Positions 11,706 through 23,345 of a stretch of 64,000 nt of DNA are shown here, piece by piece. Source of the stretch: Octopus sinensis. Its lineage: Eukaryota. Below the pieces are notes generated by a model. That model made no database searches and had not been told where the DNA came from. It was given only the letters and a program-made list of their open reading frames with translations. Both the position numbers and the translations under genes were made by a program. Numbering within the stretch: the stretch's first letter is position 1; each line of letters begins with the position of its first letter. The stretch spans positions 53,878,001 to 53,942,000 of the forward strand of contig NC_043000.1 in assembly GCF_006345805.1 (NCBI RefSeq). Direction: 5' to 3'.

Positions 11706-12419
11706 GCTAATATTTTCTAAATCAAAATATATTATTTGAAATGTTATCCTTAGCTGCAATATTTTAAGTAAAATTGTTTTCGTTCTGTACTTTACCATAT
11801 GTAATAACTTGTCCTGAACTTTTCCAAGTGTAATAACCTGTCCTGTACTTTTCAATATTTATTATCTTAAGATTATTATTCCCCTTGCCCGCATTTTTCC
11901 ATGTAATAATACTTATGTATATGGATATGCATGTGAATGTGTGTATGTATGTTCACATGTATGTATTGTACGTATCGTTAATGTATATAGTTAAACATAC
12001 ATGCACATATAATACTTATGTATATATATATATATATATATGTATGCATACTCTTGATATAGGTGTGTGAATGTATACGTATATTCTTATAGAATACGTG
12101 GAAATGCAAAAAGAAGTATATGAGCCGATTGAATTTGGGATGGTTTCTTGAAGGTATATATAAACTATAAAGGTATATGTATTGAGCTCACTGTGACTGA
12201 TAGTCAATCACTCGTCTGGCAACCATAACAAGTGTTCAGAATGACAAAAATATGTCACAAGTGTTTGAATATGAGCTTCGTCATTTTTTGGAAAAGGAAA
12301 CGTCTTTTCACAGCACTCTGGAAACACTCGACATTGGACATATAGGCGGTGAACAAGACAGAATATAAATCAACAAGGTAGCTTCTACGTAGTTGCTCGA
12401 TGAGTTAGAAATAACGTCC

Positions 12420-12930
12420 AAACTATACTGAAATCCTACAGAACCGTCTTGGAATTTGATAAGCAATTCTGTGATGGTCTGGGGAGCTCTGATCAGAGCT
12501 AGTGGAGTGTGAGAGAAACATAAACTCAAATAAATGTATCCATATTGAAGAAAGGACTCCTTCCAATCTTTCCCAGTGGTGAAATTATTAAAGACGACTC
12601 CATGTTTATGGAAGATGGGGTTCTTCGTCACACGGCTAACATGAACTAAAAATTGCTGGATGAGAATGGTATTAAAAAGCTTTCATGGCCCAGTCAGTCA
12701 CCATATATGAAACATATTAAACACATTTGGAACATAATGGACAGGATATTTCATAAAAAGATCCAGAGAGAATCTACAAAGATAGATCGTTTGAGATTAC
12801 AGCATGAAACGAAACAAGAAAATATTCGTCATCTGATCAGCTACATTTCTGATAAGATCCTTGCATTGAAAAATGCAAAGGTCATGTCTACTAAATATTA
12901 CATATTCACATTATAACAATTAATAAATAC
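12420..12930 (+). mobile_element. Tc1-like transposase relic, C-terminal DD34E region
   Basis: NSVMVWGA, LVECERNINSNK, KKGLLPIFPSG, FMEDGVLRHTA, LDENGIKKLSWPSQSPYMKHIKHIW. Confidence 0.75.
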
Positions 12931-13021
12931 TTTGAATGCATAATTTCAGATTTAAATATATTTTAATGATTATAAGGGTGTCTATTTACTTCTGTGATGT
13001 GTGTGTGCGCGTGTGTTTTGT

Positions 13022-13058
<37 letters not shown>

Positions 13059-13142
13059 CTTACGTTCATACATATATGCATTTACAGGTGTATATATTAT
13101 GTATATATATTCATATATATATATTCTTATATATTATATTAA

Positions 13143-13185
<43 letters not shown>

Positions 13186-13192
13186 ATATATA

Positions 13193-13416
13193 TAGTAATC
13201 CCTCACCTATCCAACTATCGCGGGTGTTACACTCCATACCTCCTCCCCCCCCCGATTAGGTGACAATCCGCGAAGTAGAAAACGTATTGTATATGGTTCT
13301 TTTTCTATAATTTGCATATATTTATTTCATAAATGCAAAAAACACCACCGACTAATCGACGTTAGCTTAAATAATCAACTGCGATAGGTGAAATGTGGTA
13401 TGGTGAGGAATAACTG
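13193..13416. mobile_element. Tigger/pogo-like MITE
   Basis: Ends TAGTAATCCCTCACCTATC and GATAGGTGAAATGTGGTATGGTGAGGAATAACTG (imperfect TIRs), TA flanks. Confidence 0.55.
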
Positions 13417-13426
13417 TATATATATA

Positions 13427-13461
<35 letters not shown>

Positions 13462-13494
13462 CTTTATTTTAAGCAGCAGAAAATTCAACAAAAT

Positions 13495-13532
13495 CTGTTA
13501 CTCTGAGTTTCTCGTTGCCGTTCATCAGACAG
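13495..13532 (-). ncRNA. Minimal type I hammerhead ribozyme
   Basis: Exact reverse complement of 15542-15579. Confidence 0.78.
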
Positions 13533-15541
13533 TTTTTGCTAGAATGGAACTTATATATTAATTCAATCTATACTCTTACAAACGCTACACCTTTAAAAAG
13601 AAATGGACTTGTTTGATTGGCCCTTTAGAAAAAACGGTCAATCTTCGAGCGATATACAAAAAGGTCAAAAATATATGTATATATATATAAAAAAACTTAT
13701 AAAAATATAAAAAATTATAAAATCCGAGGAAAAACCGAGGAAAAAACCTATTGCCGTTAATCAAGACAGTACAAATTAATGCATAGAAATTAAACCTGTT
13801 ATAAATACTGCAATACATATTTATATTAAAATCCACATATATATATCAACATACACAAAAGGATGCGCGTAAACGCCATACATACATATACAGACGTATG
13901 AATATGAATCTAAATTAACACATAAAAGCATGTGTACATATATTCACGCAAACCGTCTCGCACGCAAGCTAAAATTCATCTATGTAGCAATTCTCATATA
14001 CTGAGCAAGGAGGGAGAACGAAAGAAAGGGAAAGAGAGAAAAAGGAACGAAAGAGGGGGGGAAACTTGTAGCGATGTTATTGGCATCTATAGAGGCCAGT
14101 ATACATACACAAGTTTGAATTGATACATATACATACCGTCGTGTGTATGCGTGCTTAAGCACAAGCATACTTTCACTTACACATACACAGATACGCATGC
14201 TTACAAATACATATGCTTTGCTATACAAATACTTATATAAACATTCTAATTTTGACAACATTGCTTTTTTTTAAAAAAAACATTGCTTTTAAAAAATGGG
14301 TGCATTAATAAAAATATATACGAAAGACATATAAAATAAAATATAACATCCTATTTTGGGTCATTTAAGGTAATATAAATAATCAAGTGCAGGCTTTGCT
14401 TATTAGAGAAAATGCACATATTATTCAAAGACAATAATTCTTTGAATCAAAGAAGTGAGTTAATGAACTTATGTAGGCACGCGGCTAAATTTAAAATGTC
14501 GAATATAAATATACCATATGGATAGAGTATATATTTTGTATTTTGATTTTTGATTTTGATTTTGACTCTTGAGCGCTACGACGGACCTATAGCAAAGTCT
14601 TATTGTTTCTACATATATATTAGGAAAAAACCTACAAACTTTGTTTTCATGTTATTGTATTGCATAGGATTACCTTGATTATTTATATTACCTTGATTAT
14701 TTATAAATGACCCAAAATAGGATGTTATATTTTATTTTATATGTCTTTCGTATATATTTTTATTAATGCACCCATTTTTTAAAAGCAATGTTTTTTTTTA
14801 AAAAAAGCAATGTTGTCAAAATTAGAATGTTTATATAAGTATATGTATAGCAAAGCATATGTATTTGTGAGCATGCGTATCTGTGTATGTGTAAGTGAAA
14901 GTATGCTTGTGCTTAAGCACGCATACACACGACGGTATGTATATGTATCAATTCAAACTTGTGTATGTATACTGGCCTCTATAGATGCCAATAACATCGC
15001 TACAAGTTCCCCCCCCCCTCTTTCGTTCCTTTTTCTCTCTTTCCCTTTCTTTCGTTCCCCCTCCTTGCTCAGTATATGAGAATTGCTACATAGATGAATT
15101 TTAGCTTGCGTGCGAGACGGTTTGCGTGAATATATGTACACATGCTTTTATGTGTATAATTTAGATTCATATTCATACGTCTGTATATGTATGTATGGCG
15201 TTTACGCGCATCCTTTTGTGTATGTTGATATATATATGTGGATTTTAATATAAATATGTATTGCAGTATTTATAACAGGTTTAATTTCTGTGCATTAATT
15301 TGTACTGTCTTCATTAACGGCAATAGGTTTTTTCCTCGGTTTTTTCCTCGGATTTTATAATTTTTATAATTTTTATAAGTTTTTTTATATATATATACAT
15401 ATATTTTTGACCTTTTTGTTTATCGCTCGAAGATTGACCGTTTTTTCTAAAGGGCCAATCAAACAAGTCCATTTCTTTTTAAGGTGTAGCGTTTGTAAGA
15501 GTATAGATTGAATTAATATATAAGTTCCATTCTAGCAAAAA

Positions 15542-15579
15542 CTGTCTGATGAACGGCAACGAGAAACTCAGAGTAACAG
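15542..15579 (+). ncRNA. Minimal type I hammerhead ribozyme
   Basis: CTGT CTGATGA ACG-GCAA-CGA GAAA CTC-A-GAG TA ACAG; stem I CUGU/ACAG extends past one mismatch; A.A mismatch at base of stem II. Confidence 0.78.
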
Positions 15580-15705
15580 ATTTTGTTGAATTTTCTGCTG
15601 CTTAAAATAAAGCATATTACTCTACCACTGGTATTTGAGTACTCTTTTTTCCACCTTGTTTCACATTTATGTGTTTACTCCGGTATTTATATATTATAAT
15701 ATATA

Positions 15706-15788
<83 letters not shown>

Positions 15789-15868
15789 ATATGTATATAT
15801 ATGTATATATATACATATATATACATATATATATATACATATATATATATATACATATATATATGTGT

Positions 15869-15899
<31 letters not shown>

Positions 15900-18434
15900 G
15901 AAAAAGATAAAGGTGGTTATACGTACATATGTACATTCATCTATATATTTATTAATTATATATATACATACATGATGTATGTATATACAGCGAGAGAGGG
16001 AGAGAGACGGAGGAGATGAAAAGAAACAAAATTGAAGGTGCGTCATCAGTTTACATCAACGCATTTATAGTTTAATGCATTTTTCGTGTAGGAAGCAAAA
16101 TGAGTTGAGTGCGAATCTCCAGAAGGAGCTTTCCGCTGTTGTCTACAATACACGTTTATACTTGAATGTTCATAAAGTCATCCTTATCATTGCACTAACC
16201 ACGGCACAACCATGCAATTCTTCTTACTCTAAAGAAGGAGTATTCGAGAAACGTTTCTGAAAATAAATTTTGGTTTTGTTAATGTTTTTCTTGAGGTTAA
16301 AACTAACTTTAGAAATTATTTGCATGGTAAAGAATACAACTAATTTGAGTTATAAAACGAACAATTAATCGATAATTGTTCATATTATGTTAGTATATTT
16401 AAAACTCAGACATTAATCTGAACTTTGGCGTGCCTGTCATGAGAAGGTATATAAAAATTATTGAAAAGATCTAAGGTCAGTGGCTGTTAATTAATTCGGC
16501 TAAAACTCTTCATGTGATTCTTTATATTTTCAGTGGAGCTGGTAATTGCATGTAGACCAAGCATCGGCTACATTGAATAGCTACTGGTAGCTTTGGGTAT
16601 ACTACCAGATGAAGGTTAATTATTCCATGAGTTGAAATTTTACAATTATATTTTCGTAATCTTAAGAATCAAAATTTGAAATTAATTTCCTCGTATTATG
16701 GGCAGTGTGTAGTGTACGTTCAAATGTGCGTGTTTGTGTTAATTTATGCAACGTACACACAAAGACATGTACACAGACATGAATAAAGAGAGAAAGGAAG
16801 GGAAAGAAGAGAGAGTTAAGGTGAAAGAAAGTGGAGGAGATGAGGAAAAGAGAAAGAGAGAAGGGTAAACGGATGAGGGAGCAAGTCAGAGAGTGAGAGA
16901 AAGTGAGAGAGAGCCCAAGGTGGGAGGAAAGTGCTACATTTATCCTTTATATTTTACTTTTTTCAATTATTAGACAATGGCCACGCTGGGACACTGGCTG
17001 AAAGAACTTCTACACGAACGAATGCACCCCAGAATTTTTCTTCTATTTTTAAGCCTTGTACATATTCTGACGGTGCATATTCAACATCGGTTATCAAGCT
17101 GTGTGGGAAACAAACACAAACACATTGAGACACACCTACATGCGCATGCACACGCACGCACGCACACACACGCTTACGCGCACACACACAACACATACAC
17201 ACATATATATATATATATATATGAAGTAAGTCATGTGTTTTGGAAGCAAACTTCTTACATACAGCGACGTTTACGTATATACATATCAAAACTAAAATCA
17301 AAGATTTTTTAAATACAGTAAGTACACTATACAGTTATTTTAAATTTGATGATGGCACACGTGCACTTACACATAAACACATAAACACATACAAACAACA
17401 GACACAAACATACACAGGAACATACACACACGCATGCATGCACCATGCGCACACAAACACAGTCACATGTCGCAAGTTCTGAGCCACGCTTTCAAATTTG
17501 TCGGGTTCGCTGGCTTCTCGAGTTGGTCAATTGCTTTAGATTTCGTCTTCTGTTTGGCAATGAAAGGGTTGCTTGAGCATGTGTACTTTTCCGTTTCTGT
17601 TTTCGTGCGTGTGTGAGAGAGCGAGTGACAGAGAGAGAAAAGGGGAGAAGTGAAAAGGGAAAGGGAGAGAGAGAGCGTTTGTGTGCGGGGAGGGGGGAGG
17701 GTTAATATGGTCTAGCGTAAGTTTTAGTGTAAATAGATATACACCAATATGGCTTGTATCTAACAATAGTTAGTTTTCCTGCTATTTGTAGAGATGTGGA
17801 AAAATGATAATGAGGCAAAACGAGAAAGGTTTGAATAAATAGAATTTTTAGATCAAGTAATTTTTCATTTTAATGACATTGGTATCATTGTGAAATGAGG
17901 CTGGGATTTGGTGTTATGGAGTAGGGAGTATATAAATGAATGAAGTAGGTAGGGACAATGTGTACAACACATTGCTGGGACTAAAAGTACATAAGTATAT
18001 ACTTGGTCGATGCAGGAAAATCGTGGACAGGAGTCATAGACAATCATCCACAGAATGTGTGTCTCCAGGTAATTTCATGGATGCATAGTCCTAACATGCA
18101 TATGAAAATATACACTAAATATAATCACGTACGTGCATGCATGCATGCGTACTTTCAGACATACAAAAAACAAATCAAACAGGTTTCACATACACACGAC
18201 GTCTGTAAAGAAGGGTATGGACGTGTGAAATTAGATATATATATATATCCACATAATACATTGTTTAAACAGGGTGGATGCAATTGAAATTAATCGCCTA
18301 CAATTGTGCATGTAAATGAAGTTTATACATGTAAGTCAATTCACACATCTCATGCAAACTTACATAATACGACTGCTTAACACAAACAGGTTTGGAGGTC
18401 TGGATCTTCCACATTTTACGAAAGGAATCATATA

Positions 18435-18492
<58 letters not shown>

Positions 18493-18550
18493 ATATATAT
18501 ATATGCATGTTGATATATATGAGCGGTGCTGAGTTGTCAAACATTTAAAC

Positions 18551-18609
18551 CAAAGTTTCTCAAAACAATTTGTCCGAGGTCCCATAGGCCTCCCCTTTGA
18601 GAAACACTG
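18551..18609. mobile_element. 59-bp hAT-type MITE
   Basis: TIRs CAAAGTTTCTCAAA / TTTGAGAAACACTG (12/14 match); perfect 8-bp TSD ATTTAAAC at 18543-18550 and 18610-18617. Confidence 0.75.
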
Positions 18610-18619
18610 ATTTAAACTA

Positions 18620-18880
18620 AATTTGAGACACCAGCAAAAGAAGAGATAAAAATTATCCACACCATAAACATTCCAAGAAAAACGATTTTACAAATGCACG
18701 TTCCTAAGGCTTTAGCGATCGCATTCCCACTTGAAATCGATTTTTGTAATTTGTTCAAGACTTCTACACGCCCTGATACCGTAGGTATCCACACATCAAA
18801 TCTGAGCGCAATCGGATGGGGAATGCCCGAGATCCTAGAAGACACACACAGAGACAGACAGAACGGATTTTATATAATAT
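18620..18880 (+). mobile_element. Possible non-autonomous Helitron/HINE-like fragment
   Basis: CAAATCTGAGCGCAATCGGATG ... (GACA)n ... TTTTATATAATA end layout, recalled from such elements; no coding evidence. Confidence 0.3.
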
Positions 18881-18881
18881 A

Positions 18882-18973
<92 letters not shown>

Positions 18974-18974
18974 T

Positions 18975-19021
<47 letters not shown>

Positions 19022-19029
19022 ATATATGA

Positions 19030-19225
19030 AAATACAGAGAGAAAATACAAAAACACGAGGACGTGGAACAAGTATAGTGTTATTGGACGCTCAGGAAAGA
19101 AAAAAAGAAGGAGGATTTAAAGTTTCGAGCGGACCTCTTCGTCAGAAACATAGAAAAAGGAAAGGCACAAGGAAGGGAAGACGGAGAAAGAATATCGCCA
19201 ACGATGCACACGCGGTCACATATTG
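19030..19225 (-). mobile_element. Solo Penelope-like pLTR with hammerhead
   Basis: Homologous (reverse) to 30625-30826; flanked by (TA)n. Confidence 0.7.
19115..19149 (-). ncRNA. Minimal hammerhead, stem III mutated
   Basis: GUUU CUGACGA A GAGG-UCC-GCUC GAAA CU UU AAAU. Confidence 0.55.
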
Positions 19226-20192
19226 AATATATATATATATACATATATATGAAAATTGAATAAGGATATTCGAAAATATACATACGTATGATAGCAAAAC
19301 CGAGTATATAGGCATATACAAATATGGAAAGCCAGGTAGTAACGGAACTCTAGAAATTTAAAATGGTTTTAAGGAAAGTAACTAAATTGGGTGAGAGAGG
19401 GAGAGAAAAAAATGAATTATATGGAAGAAAAATAAAACCAGGACGTAAAAAGAGAGAGTGAAGTGGAACAGGAATATTGTATACATCAAAATGCATAAAA
19501 GAAAAGGAAAATTGATGAATAAAGGTTATGGGAAGTAAGATACAAGAATAAAAAAAAACAAAATATTATTAGGTTACGGGTAGATATCATTTCAAAGAAC
19601 TAAAAGAGTGTTTTTTCCATTGAATACATTTGTAAACACTCTCTATAAATTTCTTTAAAATGTTTATGTTTTTAGAGAAGAGAAACAAATACTGCTCTTC
19701 CGTGCATAAAGAGCAGAATTACATCCCTTTATCATAAAGTAAAGATCTAGAAAGAATTGTCCATTCTAAAGATAAAGATTTGTTAAAGTCCTTGAGGTCC
19801 CAGATTAGTTTACTGACTTCCGTAGGGTTCCGCTTACTATTGAATTTAAAAGTAGAGAAGTGGATGGTGAGACGGGATTTCAAAAAATATTGAGGATAAT
19901 CCAATATAGAAATAATTTTTGCTACCAGAAGTACCCTTGCATTAGTAAACGGCGTTTTTAATTTTGCAGTTTCCATTTAGGACACAGGTTTTACCAGGGC
20001 CACAAATGCAAACGCTGGTTGTGTTGTAGTTAGGATTTTGAGGAGAGATTTTTTCTTATTATTAATGTCAGTGTTAATAAGGTTACAGTATTATTAGAAG
20101 AGAGATTGAATCCTCTTAGAATGCTGTTAAACCCTGGCACACGTAAGCAACATTCAGTTACCTTGTAATTATTCCCCTAGATTTTCCTATAA

Positions 20193-20274
<82 letters not shown>

Positions 20275-20637
20275 GGTTTGTATGATTGTGTATAGAGGGA
20301 TATATATTATTCAAAGTAATTACAACACTGTTTGTTTTTTATGCTTTATTTATATTTTTTATAATCGTAATGTAGAATATGGAATATATTGTATAAATAA
20401 TATATATAGTAAAATGAAATGAAGTATTGATTGTCTTATTGAATATAAAATATTAAGGGACTAGTATACTTTCTTGCATTAAAACAGTCTTCGAGGTCCC
20501 ATGTTGTGACAGGAGGCTTTCAACTGTGGTTGATTGGCTGTGTTTTGTCGTTTATATATGTTCCTGTCGACAGCAGTAGTAGTTGTTTGGCTATCTCTTA
20601 TAACCTCACTATATATATATATATGTCTGTGTGTGTG

Positions 20638-20752
<115 letters not shown>

Positions 20753-21581
20753 AAGTCTATTAGCCAACATAACGTGGCAATCCTACGCAGTACGATGTTA
20801 CTACTTTTAGCCGCAGGAAAACGCCGTTTCCAGCTGGCTACCGATACATGATCTGTGTTCGTATACTGTGAGCAAGACGGTCTGCTGTCTTCTTACTAGC
20901 CGAAGCGATACCTGCAGACCAATGGATTCTGCGTGATCTATTTTCCTCGGTAAAGGGCAATCGCCCTCTAGAGATGGCACCCACTCAAGCTTGATCACAG
21001 TATATAATTTTAAAGCGACACACAGTCACTGATCTCGTAAAGTCAAAAGCAACTAGTTTTAAATCTCTGTGCCAGAAATATGTAGTAACAGTATTGAAGA
21101 GTACCGAAATATACTGCCCCTTATATATATATTCGCACATGTATGTATATATACTGCCCCTTATATATATATTATACATTAAGTAGTACGATTCCTTTGA
21201 ATAAAAAAACTCAGATTCACACGATCATCAGATGATATATTTTCTTGAAGTTTAGCTTCTCCATTCTATAATAGTTAAGTGAATTAACTAAAGAATGCAT
21301 TACATGATTATTAATTTCAATAACATTTACACAATTCCACGTAATATATTTTCTACAAATTTACATCTGCTAACCAAAACTAGGACGAAGTTACATTGTA
21401 AAATTTCGTAACCTGATGATGCAGAAGTGAAAGTCTAGAAATGGATTGAGCCACTTTGCTACAGGGAACTCACGAAGTATTAAGTAAACTTAATCTAGAA
21501 ATGCTCTATATCACAGTCGTACATTTAATACTGTAGACACAAAGAAAGTCTTCATGGCTATGTAATGATTTGTAGACATTG

Positions 21582-22388
21582 ATATGTTGGAATACATAGA
21601 GGGTACAGGAACAGAAGGACACGGACGGATTAGTATTTACAAAATGATAGGCAATGTATAAGATTCAAAATAATCTAGTTGTAGCGGCTGAGGTTCATAA
21701 ATATATGCGTTCGGACTCACCCAGAGTTCAGCGGTTATTTATGCAGCCACGGAAATACAAAGACATGAATACAGAAATATAGGAATGCACAAAGACTTAC
21801 ATACTTTCACATACACAAATACTAAGGTTGATAACATAAAATATATCAAGGACCATAAAAAAGTATATTGCATACGTATAGCACATTACATCAAAATATA
21901 TTGCAATGATTTACAACGGGATTTTATCAAATTACTGGATTAGAAAGTGAATTTGCCTTTCGCATGGATGTAAGAGTTAATTTTTTGTTGGGGTACGATA
22001 TATATTTATTTGGTCTTAAGACAATTCAAAGAATGCATACATATATGCTGGAATACATACAAGGCATAAGAACAGATGGACTCGAAGGGTTAGTATTTAC
22101 AAAATGATAGGCAATGCATAAGATTTTAAATAATCTGGTTCTAGCGACTGCGGCTCATAAATACATTCGCTCAGACTCGCTCAGAGGTTACTTACGCAGA
22201 TACAAAAAATACACGGACGCAGATACAGAAAGAAATGCAGGTACGGAGTACGTATGTAGTAACAAACGAACGCAAACGTAGACTTATATACATTCACATA
22301 CGCAAAGACTAAGATTGGTAAAAGCAATATCGTAGATCATACCAAATGTGTATGTGTATATGCATAGCACACTACAAGATCAAAATAC
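21582..22388. repeat. Diverged tandem duplication, period about 461 bp
   Basis: TTAGTATTTACAAAATGATAGGCAATG and flanks recur at 21628 and 22090. Confidence 0.8.
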
Positions 22389-23004
22389 AATATAATGAAC
22401 TTAGATATAAAACAATACAAATTACAACAGACCATAAGCTATTAATATTTTCATGCAGATAACATTCATGTTGTGTGTGCATATATATATATATATAAGT
22501 GTGTGTGTCTGTGACTGAGCATGCGTTTAATCTCATTCACACAATCAGCTACGCATTCTGATGCACACAAATACGCGTGCGTGCAACACAGAAACATATA
22601 TACACACCCAAGAAGTCAGTTTTATTAAATATCATTGTATTTAGATATATATATATTTCTGGTCACATATTTAAGCTTCATAGGTCTTCTTTTATCTTAT
22701 TCCAATATATTTTCTGTTCTTTAATGTTTGTCTTCCCGATTATTTACTTTGCCAATAACTCTCTGAAAAAATTACTCTGACATATGCAGATGTCCACATG
22801 CAGGATATATTCCCACCATAACTCTGTAATTTCATATCTCTTTTTGCAGTCTAGATTCTATTTTTCATATCTGTTTTCCGTAACGTTTGCAAGGATAAAG
22901 ACGTAAAAATACTTAAAAAATATAGCTCGATATTTTTTATCAAAATATTCGTCTTCTTTCTACTATTAACATTGACACTACTGCCATTCTAGCGGCAACT
23001 ATAT

Positions 23005-23345
23005 ATTAGTTTCGAGGGAGAGCTGAAGTCGTGCTCAACTGGTATTTTTTTATCGGCCCCAAAATGACGAATGTTAAAGTCGACCTCTCTGGCATTTGAG
23101 CCAGAACGTAAAAGTGAACGTACAAACGGACGCTAAGTATTTTGCACAGTGTGCTAACGAGTCTGCCAACACTCCACCTTATTAATAATATACATTGTAA
23201 TAATATTTTCTGATTTAGACACAAGGCTAGCAATTTTGAGAGGAAGATTTAGTTATATCACTAACACAAGTATTTCACTGGTACTTTATGATATCGTCGT
23301 CCCGCTGGTGAAAAGTAAAATTGAGCCTGGCTGGATTTGTTCATT
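23005..23345 (-). mobile_element. Two decayed SINE copies (GAGCTGGCAGAATCGTTAGC family)
   Basis: AAAGTCGACCTC, CAGAACGTAAA, GCTAACGAGTCTGCCA; ACACAAGGCTAGCAATTTTG; homologous to 44974-45413 and 55245-55432. Confidence 0.6.

Larger units (their letters stand above)
13462..15685 (+). mobile_element. Fold-back Penelope-like element: inverted pLTR arm (13462-14387), EN C-terminus, forward 3' UTR/pLTR (14674-15685)
   Basis: Arms of about 930 bp with only scattered differences; loop ORF 14385-14525 KCRLCLLEKMHILFKDNNSLNQRSELMNLCRHAAKFKMSNINIPYG* matches the PLE GIY-YIG C-terminus (CxLCLxEK...LNxRSEL...CRH..KF); HHR near each outer end. Confidence 0.9.

Noticed and set aside
21400-21445. CTGATGA…GAAAGTCTA hammerhead-like string
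   Set aside because: Stem II only 2 bp, stem I out of register, no pLTR context
21640-21700. C/D snoRNA reading of the tandem duplication
   Set aside because: C box imperfect, and the D box is lost in the second copy
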